A stretch of 64,000 nt of DNA from the NCBI RefSeq assembly GCF_964204645.1, contig NC_134026.1, forward strand, positions 17,456,150 to 17,520,149, written 5' to 3'. Below the pieces are notes generated by a model, which saw only the letters and a program-made list of their open reading frames with translations, was not told the origin of the DNA and made no database searches. The stretch comes from Tubulanus polymorphus (taxonomy: Eukaryota; Animalia; Nemertea). The position numbers were made by a program, and so were the translations under genes. Within the stretch, counting starts at the first letter, position 1; every line of letters starts with the position of its first letter. Of the stretch, positions 24,011 through 37,886 are shown piece after piece.

Positions 24011-25586
24011 AAATCCACTGTAGAAATTCAGTGAAATGAACATTGTTTCAACTTAATCCGGCATAAACTCAAGGAAATGGTTGATGAAAAATTTAGTTAA
24101 TGGATCCGTAAATTTTTTATCAACCGTTATATATATATTATATTAACCGTTATATATTTTATCCGTTAAATTGTATCATTGATATATTGATATTTCGGTC
24201 TTTATTTCGGTCTCTCCACCTTCAGCAAAAATGAACCGTTTCTAATCCGAGCAATTACGGACCGTTCACCATGTGCCATTTAGCGGTGACGTAGTTCTTA
24301 ATAATACTGTGAAACGCAATTTAGGGGCCTCTATTGTAGAAATCCAGCACGAAGACCAATGTGAAAAAATGTTTCTCATATATATTTTTTTTACCTGAAT
24401 ATGGAATTTGACCATCTGTGATATCACGATATCCTGTTTTCCCCTAACCACGATACGTGTGGTTTAAACTAACAACCTACGTAAATCTGCCGCAGATTTA
24501 TTTCGGAATGCCCCAATAGCTGAACATGAACAAGTTTTATTGGCAACCAGATACCGGTACGTAACCATGTCTAATAGGCAACCAGATACGCAAATGCAGT
24601 TTTCATCATGGTCATACCTGCATTGAAGCTTTCTGATAAGTGAATATCTATGTATGTTGGTTACGCGTATCTGGTGGAATTTTTAAAAATCATATATATT
24701 TATAGTGTATTATTCTTGAAATACAATTTTGAATCTCGGAACCTAACCCGGAAGTAATACAGTAGACGATACCGATACCGTATTCGAATCCTGGTGATTT
24801 ATGCGGCTAAGCCAATCTTAAAGGAGACTTAGCTCTCTGATTAGCTTTTTAAAACTGATATTCAGTTCAGATTTTCGCGAAGAACCTGGTGTAAATCTTT
24901 ACGAGGCCCTTTTTTTAAGCTCCCTAGAAATTGGAGAATGAAAAATGAATGATTTGTGTGAATATATGCTCAGTTGCACAGTCAGGGCCTTTCCTCTGGA
25001 AACCATGTCATTTAAATTCGCTCCATTTGTATAGTAATAAAAATTCGTTTTTCAACTTCTATATAAAGTAGGTCTTAAACTTGTCATAGAGGTGTAAATA
25101 AATAGCCAGCAGGGAATAACGATCGACGGTTAATGATTGGAACAAAATTGGTAATGGTTTCTGTAAACACAAGTGTAGGCAAGACACTATTCAACAAAAT
25201 AAATCGCTCAGGTAAATTGTATGATGCCTACAAACGATTTCGTTCGTTCCCAGGAAAGAATATGTCGTTCGAGCAAATTTCGTTCCCCCGAAAAATTCAT
25301 TTTTCACCATATCACCTCCGGAGCTTCGTCGGAAACTATATAATACGGATCCGTCTAAATTAAATATTGGGTAAAAAGAGAATCGGTGGCTGTTTCTGTA
25401 AAATTTACACGTAATGCTACCTATTAACGATACGAACTCACTGATACTAGGATAACCACAGCCAATTTGCAGAGATCCTTTAAGGCTGCTTTTTGCATCT
25501 ACATATAATTGAGATTTGGGAATTGCCCAAAAGAAACCTGATCATACTATGACATTTTTATCTATTGATGCATATTTCGGGGTATA

Positions 25587-28500
25587 CTAGCAACGTCCAC
25601 ATGCCTTTGGACAAAGTCGCAGTACAGCTTCAGGGTTGGACTGACAGTGACCATCTTCTGCCCATCTATCACAATCTTTTCTTTCATCTTGACATTCTAA
25701 GATATATAGAGATTTGAATAATTTTAGACTCATTTCAAAAGGAATAGCAACCATTCTTACTAGATGATTGAAATGTAATGGTAGGATCGACGTATGTTTA
25801 CATAAACTTTACATCAGATGGAGATTGTAATTTGTCTTATTTGAAATTCTATGCGGCACTTAAGAATTAATTTATTTACCATCGAAACATTTGTTGCACG
25901 ATTTCTGACAGTTCATTATATTTTCATACTGGATACACGATGCATGATCAGTTGGGCAGTCGGCCTTTTTGTCCGAACAGTAATTTGCTGTAAAGAAGCA
26001 ATTGGTTTGCGGTGCTTATTAAATATTGATCAAATAGATTTATTGAAACGGAAAAATCCATATGTTTTTCTAGTAATATCATTAGTATTGTTATAAATCC
26101 TTCCTCTAATCTTTAAATCTTTTTTCAACTTAAGTACCTGGTTTTGCCGTCGTAGTTTCCGGTTTTGGTGGCCGAGTCACTGGATCCGGGATATCTATGC
26201 CGAACTTCGGACATCTGTCACAGGCTTTTCGACAGTTAATGCTCATCCATCCGGGATTTGCCTCGCATTCTCCACTCTTAGCCCAGTCTGCACACTTCTG
26301 ATCATCTCCATTTGCATTCACGCATTTTTCATCGTAGTAGGCTAATTATTTTAAACGTAAAAGAATACATATGGCACTTTAATCCAGCACCTATCTATAA
26401 TAGGTTGAAAATGTTTTAATTACGTAACTGTCTATCACGTATTCACAATTTCTGGAGCGAAATTTGCATTCGTGAATACAGGTTAAGTTTAGAACACTTA
26501 CATTTGGGGGTAATGCATTTACAATGTTTGTCGACGAATCCTTCGGGTGGGCAAGCAACATTTGGACACCATTCTAAATTTAGAAGGAGTCATATACATA
26601 TCAACTCATGACATCCGAAATTAGGTGTCTAAAGTGCAGAACCAGTATTTTGATGAACTGTCGATCAAATTACCATTACATTTATACATCATATTGACCG
26701 TTTTTACGTCTGAAAACGATAGCATTTTCCAGTAAACTCGGCCGATCCAGCTTTCTCTACTTTTATCGTGTGTCGTTATAGTCTGCTTGCCTTCTTTGCT
26801 GAATGACTGAAAGGAATATGTGTTTTACCTTTTCAAACCAACCGCGAAGCCTTAGTTGCCAAAGTTATACTGGTGAGCGATGCATATATAATGAGACTGG
26901 TTACAGCATTTGGTAGATTGCAGAAAAAATGGATAATCGTGATTTGAATATTAAGTACCGGTACTTACGTGTATTCCATAATGCATCACACTAGCCAAAT
27001 CATAAGGGACGCCGAACCTTTCCAAATCGTCTTCTTTGTATTTGTCAAACCACTGTTTCATTACGTCTTCGACATTTTCCCAATTTACACCTATATAATT
27101 ATCTCGGTCTGGCAACTGATGTTCATGTACCATGCCAATAGCATGACCAATTTCGTGGAAATAGAGTCCCATCTGAAATAAATGATCACGTAATAATGTA
27201 CATTGATAAGGCGATACGGTACTTGCCTTTAAAGGCATATTGGACGAGTATTTTCCACCTCCGTTAGATTACTTACCCATCTGCAGCCATTCCAATCAAG
27301 ATTCAAAGCCTGTGTGCCCCCGACCATACCCAACTGCGAATTACACCTATAAGAAAATACCGTTTCATTTAACAAGAAATAGCGAAGGAAAGAGGTGCAT
27401 TTTTACCCAAATCGCGCCCCTATTCGTACCCGATTCCATTTTGAAAGTGGACTTTGTTGATATCACCTGCATGAGCTGGTCGGAAGATCAGACATGTTTC
27501 TTGCATATACACATCCATAGCTTGTTTCATCTCTTTAATTTGATACGGCCCTTGAATGGAATTTTAAAACAATAGCCAAATAGAGGAAAATTAATAATTC
27601 TGATATGTATCTAATATTTTAATCATTTGATTTCTATAGCGCCCCGTTCACCGTGTTACGATGGTCAACAGCACTTTGATCAACGGATATTTTCTTTTTA
27701 ATAACTAATTGTCAATCTAGGATTTGACGGCCTCCGTTTGGCCGTGATATTAGTAATGAGATAATTTAATAATCGATCGTATCTTTTGCCAAAATAAACC
27801 ATGAGAGAAATCATACCGTTATTAATGTATCATTCGTTTTAAATTATAGATTGTCCATATTCGAATATATAATATGGGATATTTTGAATCTTACAGAAAT
27901 GATCCGGTTCGAACTCGTATGGAATTGTACGATGTGTCCATCTCCATTTTTCACCCTTGACAGCTTTTCTTTTCGAACGACCAGAGCTAAAGAGTGAAAT
28001 ACTCAAAAGGTAATGAGTTCTTTGAAAACCTCAGATAGATGAATAACTGCATGAAATTGTTTATAAATTCATCCTTAATTGGATGAAAAATAATCATATT
28101 GCTGGCCCATCCGACGCCATGTGGCCAATTGAAAGTAACCGATCATGACAGACCAGTTTCCGAATAATTGTCAAGGTTGAGGTTTGAAACCCCTCGATGC
28201 AATTGAAGTAGGTATCAATTAGTTCCAAATGAAATAACACTTGATTCTAAATAGCGTTTTCGATGCCATATCAGATATCGATGTCAATGTATAGAATGAT
28301 TATATTATATAGATGCAAAGCAGCGATAACAGGTTTTCTGTACAGTTGCTGTACATGAATATATCGGAATTACAGATAATTAACAAGTTGCATTTTTAGG
28401 ATTCTAACCTCATTTGATGACCCTCCTATTTTAGAACGTAGACTATCGTTTGGTGGCGCCATCGGGTGCCATCTTGAATTTATGTAGAATTAACTCTCAT

Positions 28501-31500
28501 TACGACGAACACAATTGATATTAAATTGATATTATAAATACAAGAAGAAAAAGATATTGATTCCGATACGTCGGCTAAATCGATAATTTGCAACGCATAC
28601 GGTGTATCTGATTCTGGTAATAAGATTTTTCATTATCATGTTACATTACTTCCGACTTCGCAATCACAGCCATGTAGGTTGGATTCGGAGGTCATTTAAG
28701 AAAATATTTGATCTACTTACTTCTAGAATTAATCAGTGATCAGTATACGGGATGCTATGGTGGCTGATTCGGGCCATGTAAAATTTCGGGCCACGAAAAC
28801 GTGCAAAAACAAATATTACCGCGCAAAAACGAATATTTGTTTTTGCGCCCGCGCAAAAACAAATATTACAGCGCAAAAACAAACTTTTAACGCGCAAAAA
28901 CGAAATAATCCGTTTTTGCGCGCTAAAAGTTTGTTTTTGCGCGGGCGTGAAATTAAAAAATATTACGCCTGCTGCTATGATGTTACGCTGTCACCATCTA
29001 TTAGATCAAACAGTTACTATGTGATAACTTGATAGGTCTGCCTAGTCCCAGCCCTAATTAATATAAGATTTGAATATAAAATGGAACTGGTAGAACATAC
29101 TGAAAATAGCTTGTTCAATCTAACCCGACTATTATACCCATCTGCTGAAACATAACAAAATATTCAATACGGTTAGTCATGGGACAAATAGAGATCTGAA
29201 CGACGTAAAGCAAACAAACAAACAACATCAAATTTCATTTATTTGTAATAAATCTGTATCTACAAATCTGGATGCATGGTCTAATATGGGAATTTTTTTT
29301 TTTAATGTGAAAATATAACGTGCACGGTATTTCTATCTAACACGTTCGTGCCTTAGCGCTCCAGATTCAAATTCACTTTTCTGCTAGATGTCTCTCAGAA
29401 ATGAAGATAAATCTCTATATGTAAGGTAGAAAACTAGCAGAAAATTACGCCGATATTTTTCTTCATATTTTAAAAGGTTTTGTGACACCGTAAAAACCGT
29501 TATGATATGTTAATATACATTAATAACAACCACGCGTTATTAATATGGTTGTGTGTGGGCTGATGTGCCTACGTCATCAATATATAATGGGCTAGACTGG
29601 TTGCCGGTCAATCAAATTCAACTATTGGTATTTTCAAGCTCACTTCATTGTATTGTGATCAATCGAAGACCATAACAAGCGATATATGCATATTTGTATT
29701 CATCAAGGGGTCGTAAATTTAAGTAAAGTTAGTTTTCCTTTTAAATCAATCAATAAAACTGCATAGATTAATTACTTCTTTAGTTACTGTTTAATCTAAT
29801 AGATGGCGACAGCGTGGCATCATAGTAGCGCGCGTAAATTATTTGAATATTTTTTTGCGTTACTTGACGACCGCGCAAAAACAAATCTTTTGCGCGCGTG
29901 CACAAACAAACTTTCGTTTTTGCGCCCGCGCAAAAACAAACTTTTAGCGCGCAAAAACGGATTATTTCGTTTTTGCGCGTTAAAAGTTTGTTTTTGCGCC
30001 CGCGCAAGACAAATATTCGTTTTTGCGCCCGCGCAAAAACGGATTATTTCGTTTTTGTGCGGTAATATTTGTTTTTGCGCGGTCATATTTGTTTTTGCGC
30101 GTTTTCGTGAAGGACGAAAAAAAAATTTTACATGGCCCCAATCAGCCACCATAGGATGCATACTAAATTGTGCAAAACAGCAGAAAACTTGTTGCCGTTG
30201 TAACCATAGTCCATACAAAAAATATTTGGAGAAAATGCAATGCAGGATTAAGGGGGATTCCGAGGGAGTGATAATATCCTAAATTTCGATGGGCTCCTCC
30301 TTAAATGTCAGCCTGAAAAAAATTTCGATTGGCCTTCGAAGAGTCAGTCTCTACCCAGAAGCCTGGTCAAAGTCCATTTCTTTCTCAATACACCCACCAT
30401 TCTTGCATCATGGGTCTACCGTGTGATAGTAGTTGCGTATGTAATAATGATTTATCATTATCATTATCATTATTATCATATTTTGACAATGATTAGGAAT
30501 TAGGATTTATCTACACTCACAACATTTCCATATGGAGGGAGACTACACTATTTACAATGTCATAGCTATTGGAGGGTGGTTTATTCATCTAAGTCCATTT
30601 TGATGAATTAAGCTAACTGGGTTGTTGTATTTTTTCAAATATCAAGGTTACAGAAACTGTTCAAATTCAAATGGCTTTCGCGAATTTCATTAAGTAGAGT
30701 GAATTTAAAAATAAAAGTTCATCACCTAAAGCATTACAAGCGGAGCATAATCTAATGAATGTTCGATAATCTATTTACGGGTAAAAGATAAGACTCAATT
30801 CTAGAATCGAATAGATTAATTACTAAATCGTCATCAAGTTCACTAATATACCTCTCCAATTCAATTTCATTTTTGTTGCCTAAAATTAATGCAAATCAGA
30901 TTATCATCTATTGATAACGGTTTCTGGAAACGGTTTCTTGAAGGTATTGGTCGCAGAGAATCTGTTTATTCGCCTTGAGCAGGTCCTACTTGTAAGCCAT
31001 AAAATGCTGGGTGCATGAGTCAAACCGCAAAAAAAATAAAAATTTATTTGTTATAAATAATCACCAAGGAATATTCAATCTATCGTTTCGATGCAGATTG
31101 AGAGATATCTAGGATATATAGGATTAGCATTATATCTTACCCTCTAACCATTTCTGTGATACAAGGAAGGAGATTATGAAATGTACAATATTTACAATTA
31201 ACAGAAAATATAAACTTGTCTTGATAAAATACAACAAAGGTATTAACAATACATGTATACAATATTTACAACATACTAATTTTTGGAGGGACCTAAATAC
31301 ATCTAAGCCTTTTCTGATGAATTTTGCAAAGTGGGTGATAGAATTTTTTAGAATATTAAGATTGCCAAAAGAGTTCAAATTCAGAATATTTTCAAAGATT
31401 TTATTCAGCAGAGTGCATTTCAAAATAATGGTATTCATCACCTAAAACGCGGACCAAAATCATTTCTATCCAACTGAAGGTTTGATAATTTATTTTCAGG

Positions 31501-32410
31501 CAAAAATAGGCAAATAAATTCGAATAAGCTTATTGCTAAATCCTCGTCAAGTTCACTGATGTACCTTTCTAACTTAATATCATTTTTGTAGCCTAAGATT
31601 AATGTATGTCACGCATACACACGCCATCTACTGGGAATTTGAAAACCTCAATTTGGGCGAAATTAGATCCGGTACACAAAAAACCTATTATCTCATATAT
31701 GAGTATTATCTCTCTGTATACGAGCCCAATTTCCAAAATAAACAACAATAGATTCCTCGCAGACTTGAGATAAAAAATTAAATTTTCCCCATAAGTACAG
31801 ATTTAAATTCAATACGTCATATTTTTAACTTACCCAACATACAAGTCATGATATTGTTCATTAGTTAGTTTCATATCAAGTTCGGCTAGTATCTGTCCAT
31901 TTTTATCTGTTTTATACTTGGCTGGGTCAATTCCTGTGAAAATATTTTCATTGAAATTGTCATTGCTGAAATGATTGAAGTAGATAGAATGCATTTTTCA
32001 GATTCGTCGTTAAAAAATGGATAGTATTTGAGAGTTGAAACTTCAAACTGTCACAACGCTATGGGTTTGGCTTTTCATTGTGTTGCTATTTGGATTTTAT
32101 TCGTGGACATGAAAGGACTATCAATTAAATTCGTTATCCATTTCTATACACGAACTGCAAACATTAATCTAGTATATAATTTATACATTTTTTTATTATC
32201 CCTACCGTGAGATCTGAGCGATTCGGTAATGGCTTCATCAACTGTGAAATCCGGATCCCGTTTAGCTGTACACAATGTCACCTGAAGTGCGAAAATTTTT
32301 AATAATAATTTCAGTTTTTTTTTATTCATTATGTATATCAAGAAAGGCTTTCGGGGAATTTCAGCTACTGGTCTACTTACAAGGACTACGAGAAAAATGA
32401 AAGGGCACAT
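25587..32410 (-). CDS. Astacin metalloprotease copy 2: signal + pro + astacin + EGF-like + ShKT + Pro/Thr linker + ShKT. Exons 32410-32381, 32281-32206, 31933-31834, 27986-27895, 27550-27430, 27346-27277, 27172-26969, 26806-26674, 26573-26502, 26341-26138, 25696-25587
   Basis: Continuous spliced ORF: MCPFIFLVVLVTLCTA signal, RSKRKA activation site, HEIGHAIGMVHEHQ, SVMHY, ShKT CADWAKSGECEANPGWMSINCRKACDRC and CDRWAEDGHCQSNPEAVLRLCPKACGRC*. Confidence 0.92.
28756..30153. mobile_element. IS3EU-like non-autonomous foldback element in an astacin-2 intron
   Basis: TATGG...CCATA termini; 6-bp TSD GGATGC; ~260-370-bp inverted arms with GCGCAAAAAC subrepeats around a ~760-bp unique core. Confidence 0.8.
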
Positions 32411-34492
32411 GTTTGCATTTTGTCATTAGTTATGAATTAGGCATTCATTTATACATCTGATAAAGCAACAAATGTGATAAGGTTCATTTTGATTAATTGT
32501 ATATTTCTGTATTCCACCTGTTAGTTCAGATTGATAAAACGGTATGAACGGAAACAGAAAACGCTTAATAAAAGAATAAACGAATATATATAGTTTTCGT
32601 ATATAACACATAACAATGTAATGAAAATATTCATACGAATTTATCAAATTATCTTCCTGTTTTTTTTTCCATAATATTCTGTATTATAATAAAAACAATT
32701 CCATTATCATTTCAGAATACGTAATTCCATCCAGAAAGAAGCCTAAATTTACTGTGTTATAGTGTTGCTTGCAGGCATATGTCACAACCGTGTTGTAGTG
32801 TTACTTGAGGGCATAGGGCTGTGCTGTAGATTCACACTGTAATATCATTCTGACCTGAACTTGTGCAAACATGTTCTAAGCTGTTCAGAGGTTTTGATAC
32901 AAGATATGTCACCATTTACAATGAAATCTTTTACAACGAATATTCGCAAATGTTTTATTTAGTTACATTTATATTCTACATGATTCTGCGCGTTTTCGTG
33001 GATGATGAAAAAAAATATTGACCTGTCGCGAATCAGCCACTATAATTGTGCAAGGTCTCTTTGGAATTGATTTTACATTTGATGCGAACAATAAATTGTG
33101 AGTTTCAGTCATTTCATATTATTTTCAGCAAGACACACATGAATCATGTGAATTCTACTCGGATTCAAATCATTCGGTCGAACTTGTATCAGTTGTATGT
33201 ACGTACTCACAGCCGGCATCCGTAAAACCTACCTGAAGCCCCTAATGCAATTTCCAAGCCACATATTTCACTTGTCGAAAATAGCTGTAGCAAAAGGTCG
33301 TGTATGAAAAAATGGCCGGTGTAATCAGAGAATGATATAGCGGACATTGTTAATAAATAGAGCCACCACACTGAACCGGACAAAATTACGAACTCAATTG
33401 TCTTAGCACACTATGGGTTAGCGGCCCGGAAGTCCCCGGTTAGAATCTAGGTTTTCGTACAAATCTTTTATCCGTTTTTGACGGGAAATGAAGAAAATAT
33501 CTCTATTTGGAATATAGAACTGCCCTTGTGAACCCCTGGCTACGGATCTGTCTATTTATGTGGTTGAATAATGAACTGATGCTATTTTGTACTGTGCAGA
33601 ACAGAAATATTTCACCGTCTACAATGAATTCTAGTTTATTGAAATATTTGAATATATTGTAATTGTGGATTGGCGAAAACAATAAGCACTAGATCAATCA
33701 ATGAATTATGATATTAAGGTCTTGGACAAATAATGACGTAGGCTTTTATGGACTACCAAATCTATATAACGATAAACAATGATAGGCAACATGCATGATG
33801 AAAGTCAAACCTTTTCTACCCCAGTTACCTATATGTGAAATTTTTCTAACAAACGGGCAGTCATTCTCAGAATGTTAGAATGTCTCGCTATTAAAATCAG
33901 AGATAACTTTTGTGTTTTCTCCACTGGTCTCTGCAGTACCTTATCCAAGCTCAACTCCTCTTTTCGCCACGAACATAATTGCACTTAATTTCAAGATTTG
34001 ATATATCTTTAAATGGGCATCCTAGATTCACATAGGCTATTTGAAAGAACATTACGGGTCATTTCAAGATTCTAAACCAGGAAATGATAAGGCCAATTCG
34101 ATGCCCTCTGACATTGAATTGTATAATGCGCACAGCTGTATGTATACTTATCGGAGTCGAATTTGGAGAAATCAGTACAACCTACGATAAGCCTACGAGC
34201 AATCATCTCAACGATTGCTCGTAGAAACAACGAACCTAAATACAGCAAAATGTGCAGGCACTGATTTCAAGCCGTGACCACGCGAGCGTTTTGGTTTGAC
34301 TATGTCGGATCAGGCATGAGCCAATTTATTGCGTATATGAATAATACTTTGTTGCGAAAGTGTTCTGCGTCAGGGAATATTTTTAATAGTATCGAGTGAA
34401 TACGTATGTTTTACATACAGTGAACGCTCGCCCAAGAAATCTCTCTGACGATGTAATAGACAAATGAAGGGTTTGTGGCAATAGAGGCAATG

Positions 34493-35987
34493 TATGGAAG
34501 ACCTCAGACGACATACGAGATATGAGATATAACATACGAGATATGTGATGCAACATACGAGATACGACATATGACATACGAGATACGACTTATTTACAGT
34601 ACAGGTGTCCGTCCGCTAGCGCCACCGCAGTGTATGTTTTTCAATATTTACTGCATATAAATCGTTTAATACGGTGACTCGTACAGTCATCGTCAATTAT
34701 ATGAAAACCAACATAGTCAACATTTTATTCAAACCAGAAATATATTTCTTTTGGATAATGGACACCTGGACCGGACACAACGATATTAGGCCATACTGTG
34801 AACACCCTGGACTAGGCGCGCCGGCCGTTCCTCTCCCGCGGGCGACAAAGTTTTTCAAATCAAAAGATTTTCAAAAGATATCAAACTGTTCAAGTTCTTA
34901 TGCTATTTCTTGTCTTCCTTTGGTCTGAAAACGGCCTGGTGTTCAGAAGCCGGAGTTCCGATTACTCACTGCCTGCAGAAAAAATAACTATGTTCACCGC
35001 CCGCTAGATCGCCGGCTTTTCTGCATTAGAAATCAAAATTCTAAAAAAAAACTCCGCAGCCGGAAATCCCGGCCCTCTAGTGTACGCCTCGGCTGTTTGA
35101 CACCCCTGCCTGAGTTCTTGAATCCCGAACAACCCGGGAACCCGTACATCGCCCTGGTATCCAGATTAAGAACTCCCGTGCTCTCTCTCAAGGTTTGAAA
35201 TCCCCAGCTAAATTCCATCCCTATCGAGCTACCGGGGCTGACTGGTGAGTCCACTAGACCAGCCGTTGAGAGTCGAGACTGGCCAGTTTTCGCTAACCGA
35301 ATTCAATAAATTTATGTTATCTTTAGTATTTTTAATTCATGTCCATGTTTCAATTCATTCGTTGAAATCATAGTACACTAAACAGATTCCGCGTGTGTCG
35401 GACTTTTTTTTAAACTCTTTGGTCATCGGCATTCGTAATATACATACATCTATCATTTTTCATCGAAAACCCTCGATCGAACGCGAAGTTTAAACCCTTG
35501 ACTAGCGCGATTCTTAGCACCACCAATTTGAAGGGGCCATGGCTAACTCTTTTTGAGGGATTTTTGTACACTCAAAAATGGATTTTGGAATTTGAGGCGT
35601 TTTTGGTGGATTTATGGGCTGTAGCCCCGTATTTGGAGCCAACTCGAATCACCGGACCATCGGTGTCTCACACTAAGAGTGGCCCACTGACCGTAGCGAG
35701 AGGCCGGTCCCCGGTAGCGGTTGATCGAATATTTTTAAATATTTTTCAAATGAAACATTTTTCGCATATCGATATTCATAGTTAATGTATACGCCACTGC
35801 CTGCGCACGTGTCGTAGTATACGCCGAGTAGATGTTGAAAAATATACACTGCGGTGGCGCTAGCGGATGGACACCCGTACTGTAAAACAAGTCGTATCTC
35901 GTATGTCATATGTCGTATCTCGTATGTTGCATCTCATATCTCGTATGTTATATCTCATATCTCGTATGTCGTCTGAGGTATTCCATA
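34493..35987. mobile_element. IS3EU-like non-autonomous foldback element (second family)
   Basis: TATGG...CCATA termini; 6-bp TSD GCAATG; ~160-bp TIRs with ACATACGAGAT subrepeats; ~1.15-kb core. Confidence 0.8.
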
Positions 35988-36139
35988 GCAATGAACCAAC
36001 AGCGCTTCTTCCTCCCACCATGATTTCCAAGTGACAGCAGATGTTTACACAGTTACAAGCATTATATCGGTGCGGCACGCTCAAAAGAGTTAGTTTAAGT
36101 TAACCCGTTGATGATAACAATAGTACCAAATAGTACCAT

Positions 36140-36272
36140 GGGATCATTCATTAATTACGTACCCATAAAATTTGAATTTTTCGGCCATTTTTTCGTATAC
36201 ATTAAGCATTACAGTACGCAATTGCACTGACCCCTCCCCCCTCTCCTAATGCGTACGTAAATGAATGACCCC
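36140..36272. mobile_element. PIF/Harbinger-like MITE
   Basis: TIR GGGATCATTCATTAATTACGTAC / GTACGTAAATGAATGACCCC; 3-bp TSD CAT. Confidence 0.7.
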
Positions 36273-36477
36273 CATGTAGTTCTAACTCTCACTATGTCAA
36301 CTATCCACTGGTTAACTCTAATGCCTGGTTTTCGCGATCAGTTTCCAGCAAGCTTTGAAAACGCCAAAAAAACTAGCTCTGGCAGCAGAAAAAGCTACGG
36401 TAAAATTTCCCAGCAGGAAATAGCTTGCTGGAAATGACGGAAGCCCCTAGGTAGGTGACATACGAGATAATCTTTTC

Positions 36478-36660
36478 ACAATTTCGACTTATTATGTCAA
36501 AATTCGACTTATTAAGTCGAATTTCGAGTTAGTTAACTCGAATTTCGAGTTAATTATGTTGAAATTCAAATATTTTCATGTCGAATTTCTGAGTTATTTT
36601 TATGTCGAAATTCGAGTTATTATGTCAAAATTCGACTTATTAAGTCGAAATTCGACATAA
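36478..36660. repeat. ~21-bp self-complementary tandem repeat array
   Basis: Repeats of AATTCGAcTTATTATGTCgAA. Confidence 0.75.
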
Positions 36661-37405
36661 TCTGTTGAGCTTCTGTGCTCGCAGTCAATCGGCAGATTAA
36701 CTAATATTGGAAAATATTTGTTAGGGATGTTCAGACACATAAGATCTCTCTTAAGTGACACTAACTAAATGATTTAAATAATTACCTATCTATATCAATT
36801 AAGATATTGTATTGTGAAAACGTAACGCCATCTCTATTTGTAATTTTGTTCAGTTTATTATTATTGTCATACAAGTGTAAACACTTTGACGAAATAAACA
36901 TTATCATTATCATTATCATTCCGTAGTATACTGCTGCCGGCTACCGGCTGCAATTTCCAGCTTTTTAGTCCCTGCAAAAGGAAACCCCTCGTGAAAATGC
37001 GTGTAATTTATCATTGCCATATAGGCATATATTATCGATCCAGGGACACGAATGACTCTTCCTGATAATAAGGCCATTTCTTAAGCTTGAACTGTCGCAT
37101 GTGATATTCAGAGATCAGTTACACCCAGGGCATACGATCTTCATAAAAACGCTTCAAATTCAACTTTTGTTCGTTCATTGCCTTTAAGGAACCGTTCTTT
37201 GAAATTGAACGATTATTGGTGATACGTCGTCATTTTTTATTAGGACATTCATAACTTTCATCTTACGGTTCTCTTTATCCGAATTTGTATCATTAGTACC
37301 ATTCTCAGGCTTATGTAATGTACCATAAATGGGATTCAGAATTTTTGATCGGACATGATTTACGTAGCTCTGTAAGTTTGACTTATATGACGGCTATACT
37401 GAGTA

Positions 37406-37625
37406 TACGGTGGCTGATTCGGGCCATACTAAAGGATTTTTCGTACGGCCAGAGCAACGATAAAGAATTTTCACAATGGCACGTATTTTTGTTCTCGCGC
37501 GAGAATTCAAAACATTTTTGTTTTCTCGCGTGAGAAAACCAAAAAACGGGCCATTGTGGAAATTCTTTATCGTTTCTGTAGCCGTACAGAAGATTTTTCT
37601 AGTATGGCCCGAGTCAGTCACCATA
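37406..37625. mobile_element. IS3EU-like MITE
   Basis: TACGGTGGCTGATTCGGGCCATACTA...TAGTATGGCCCGAGTCAGTCACCATA; same family as 17579-17794. Confidence 0.75.
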
Positions 37626-37886
37626 ATACTGCAACCTCCACTAAACTAGAATTCAGATAAATGTAACGAAAGACAATATGTTGTAAGCACCATACTATAT
37701 TATTCAAACATCAAAATTTACGATCAGATTTTACGTGAAATAGAAACTCTGCAGAATGGAAGTTGAATGTCCATGATCCTTATAAGTGTCATATACGTAT
37801 ATCAAATGTATTTCGCAAATAGTTTCGAACGACATCATAAACACTCTCACAGTCTCGACATGGCACCGCCATTTTAATCCTATCAT

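Noticed and set aside
28736-30282. ORFs of 75-159 aa in the foldback arms
   Set aside because: Low-complexity translations of the GCGCAAAAAC subrepeats.
30740-31610. Short duplicated segment and ORFs 31130-31445
   Set aside because: Probably decayed LINE 3' fragments, too degenerate to classify.
36478-36660. 21-bp repeat array as a possible CRISPR or iteron array
   Set aside because: Head-to-tail degenerate minisatellite with no spacers.
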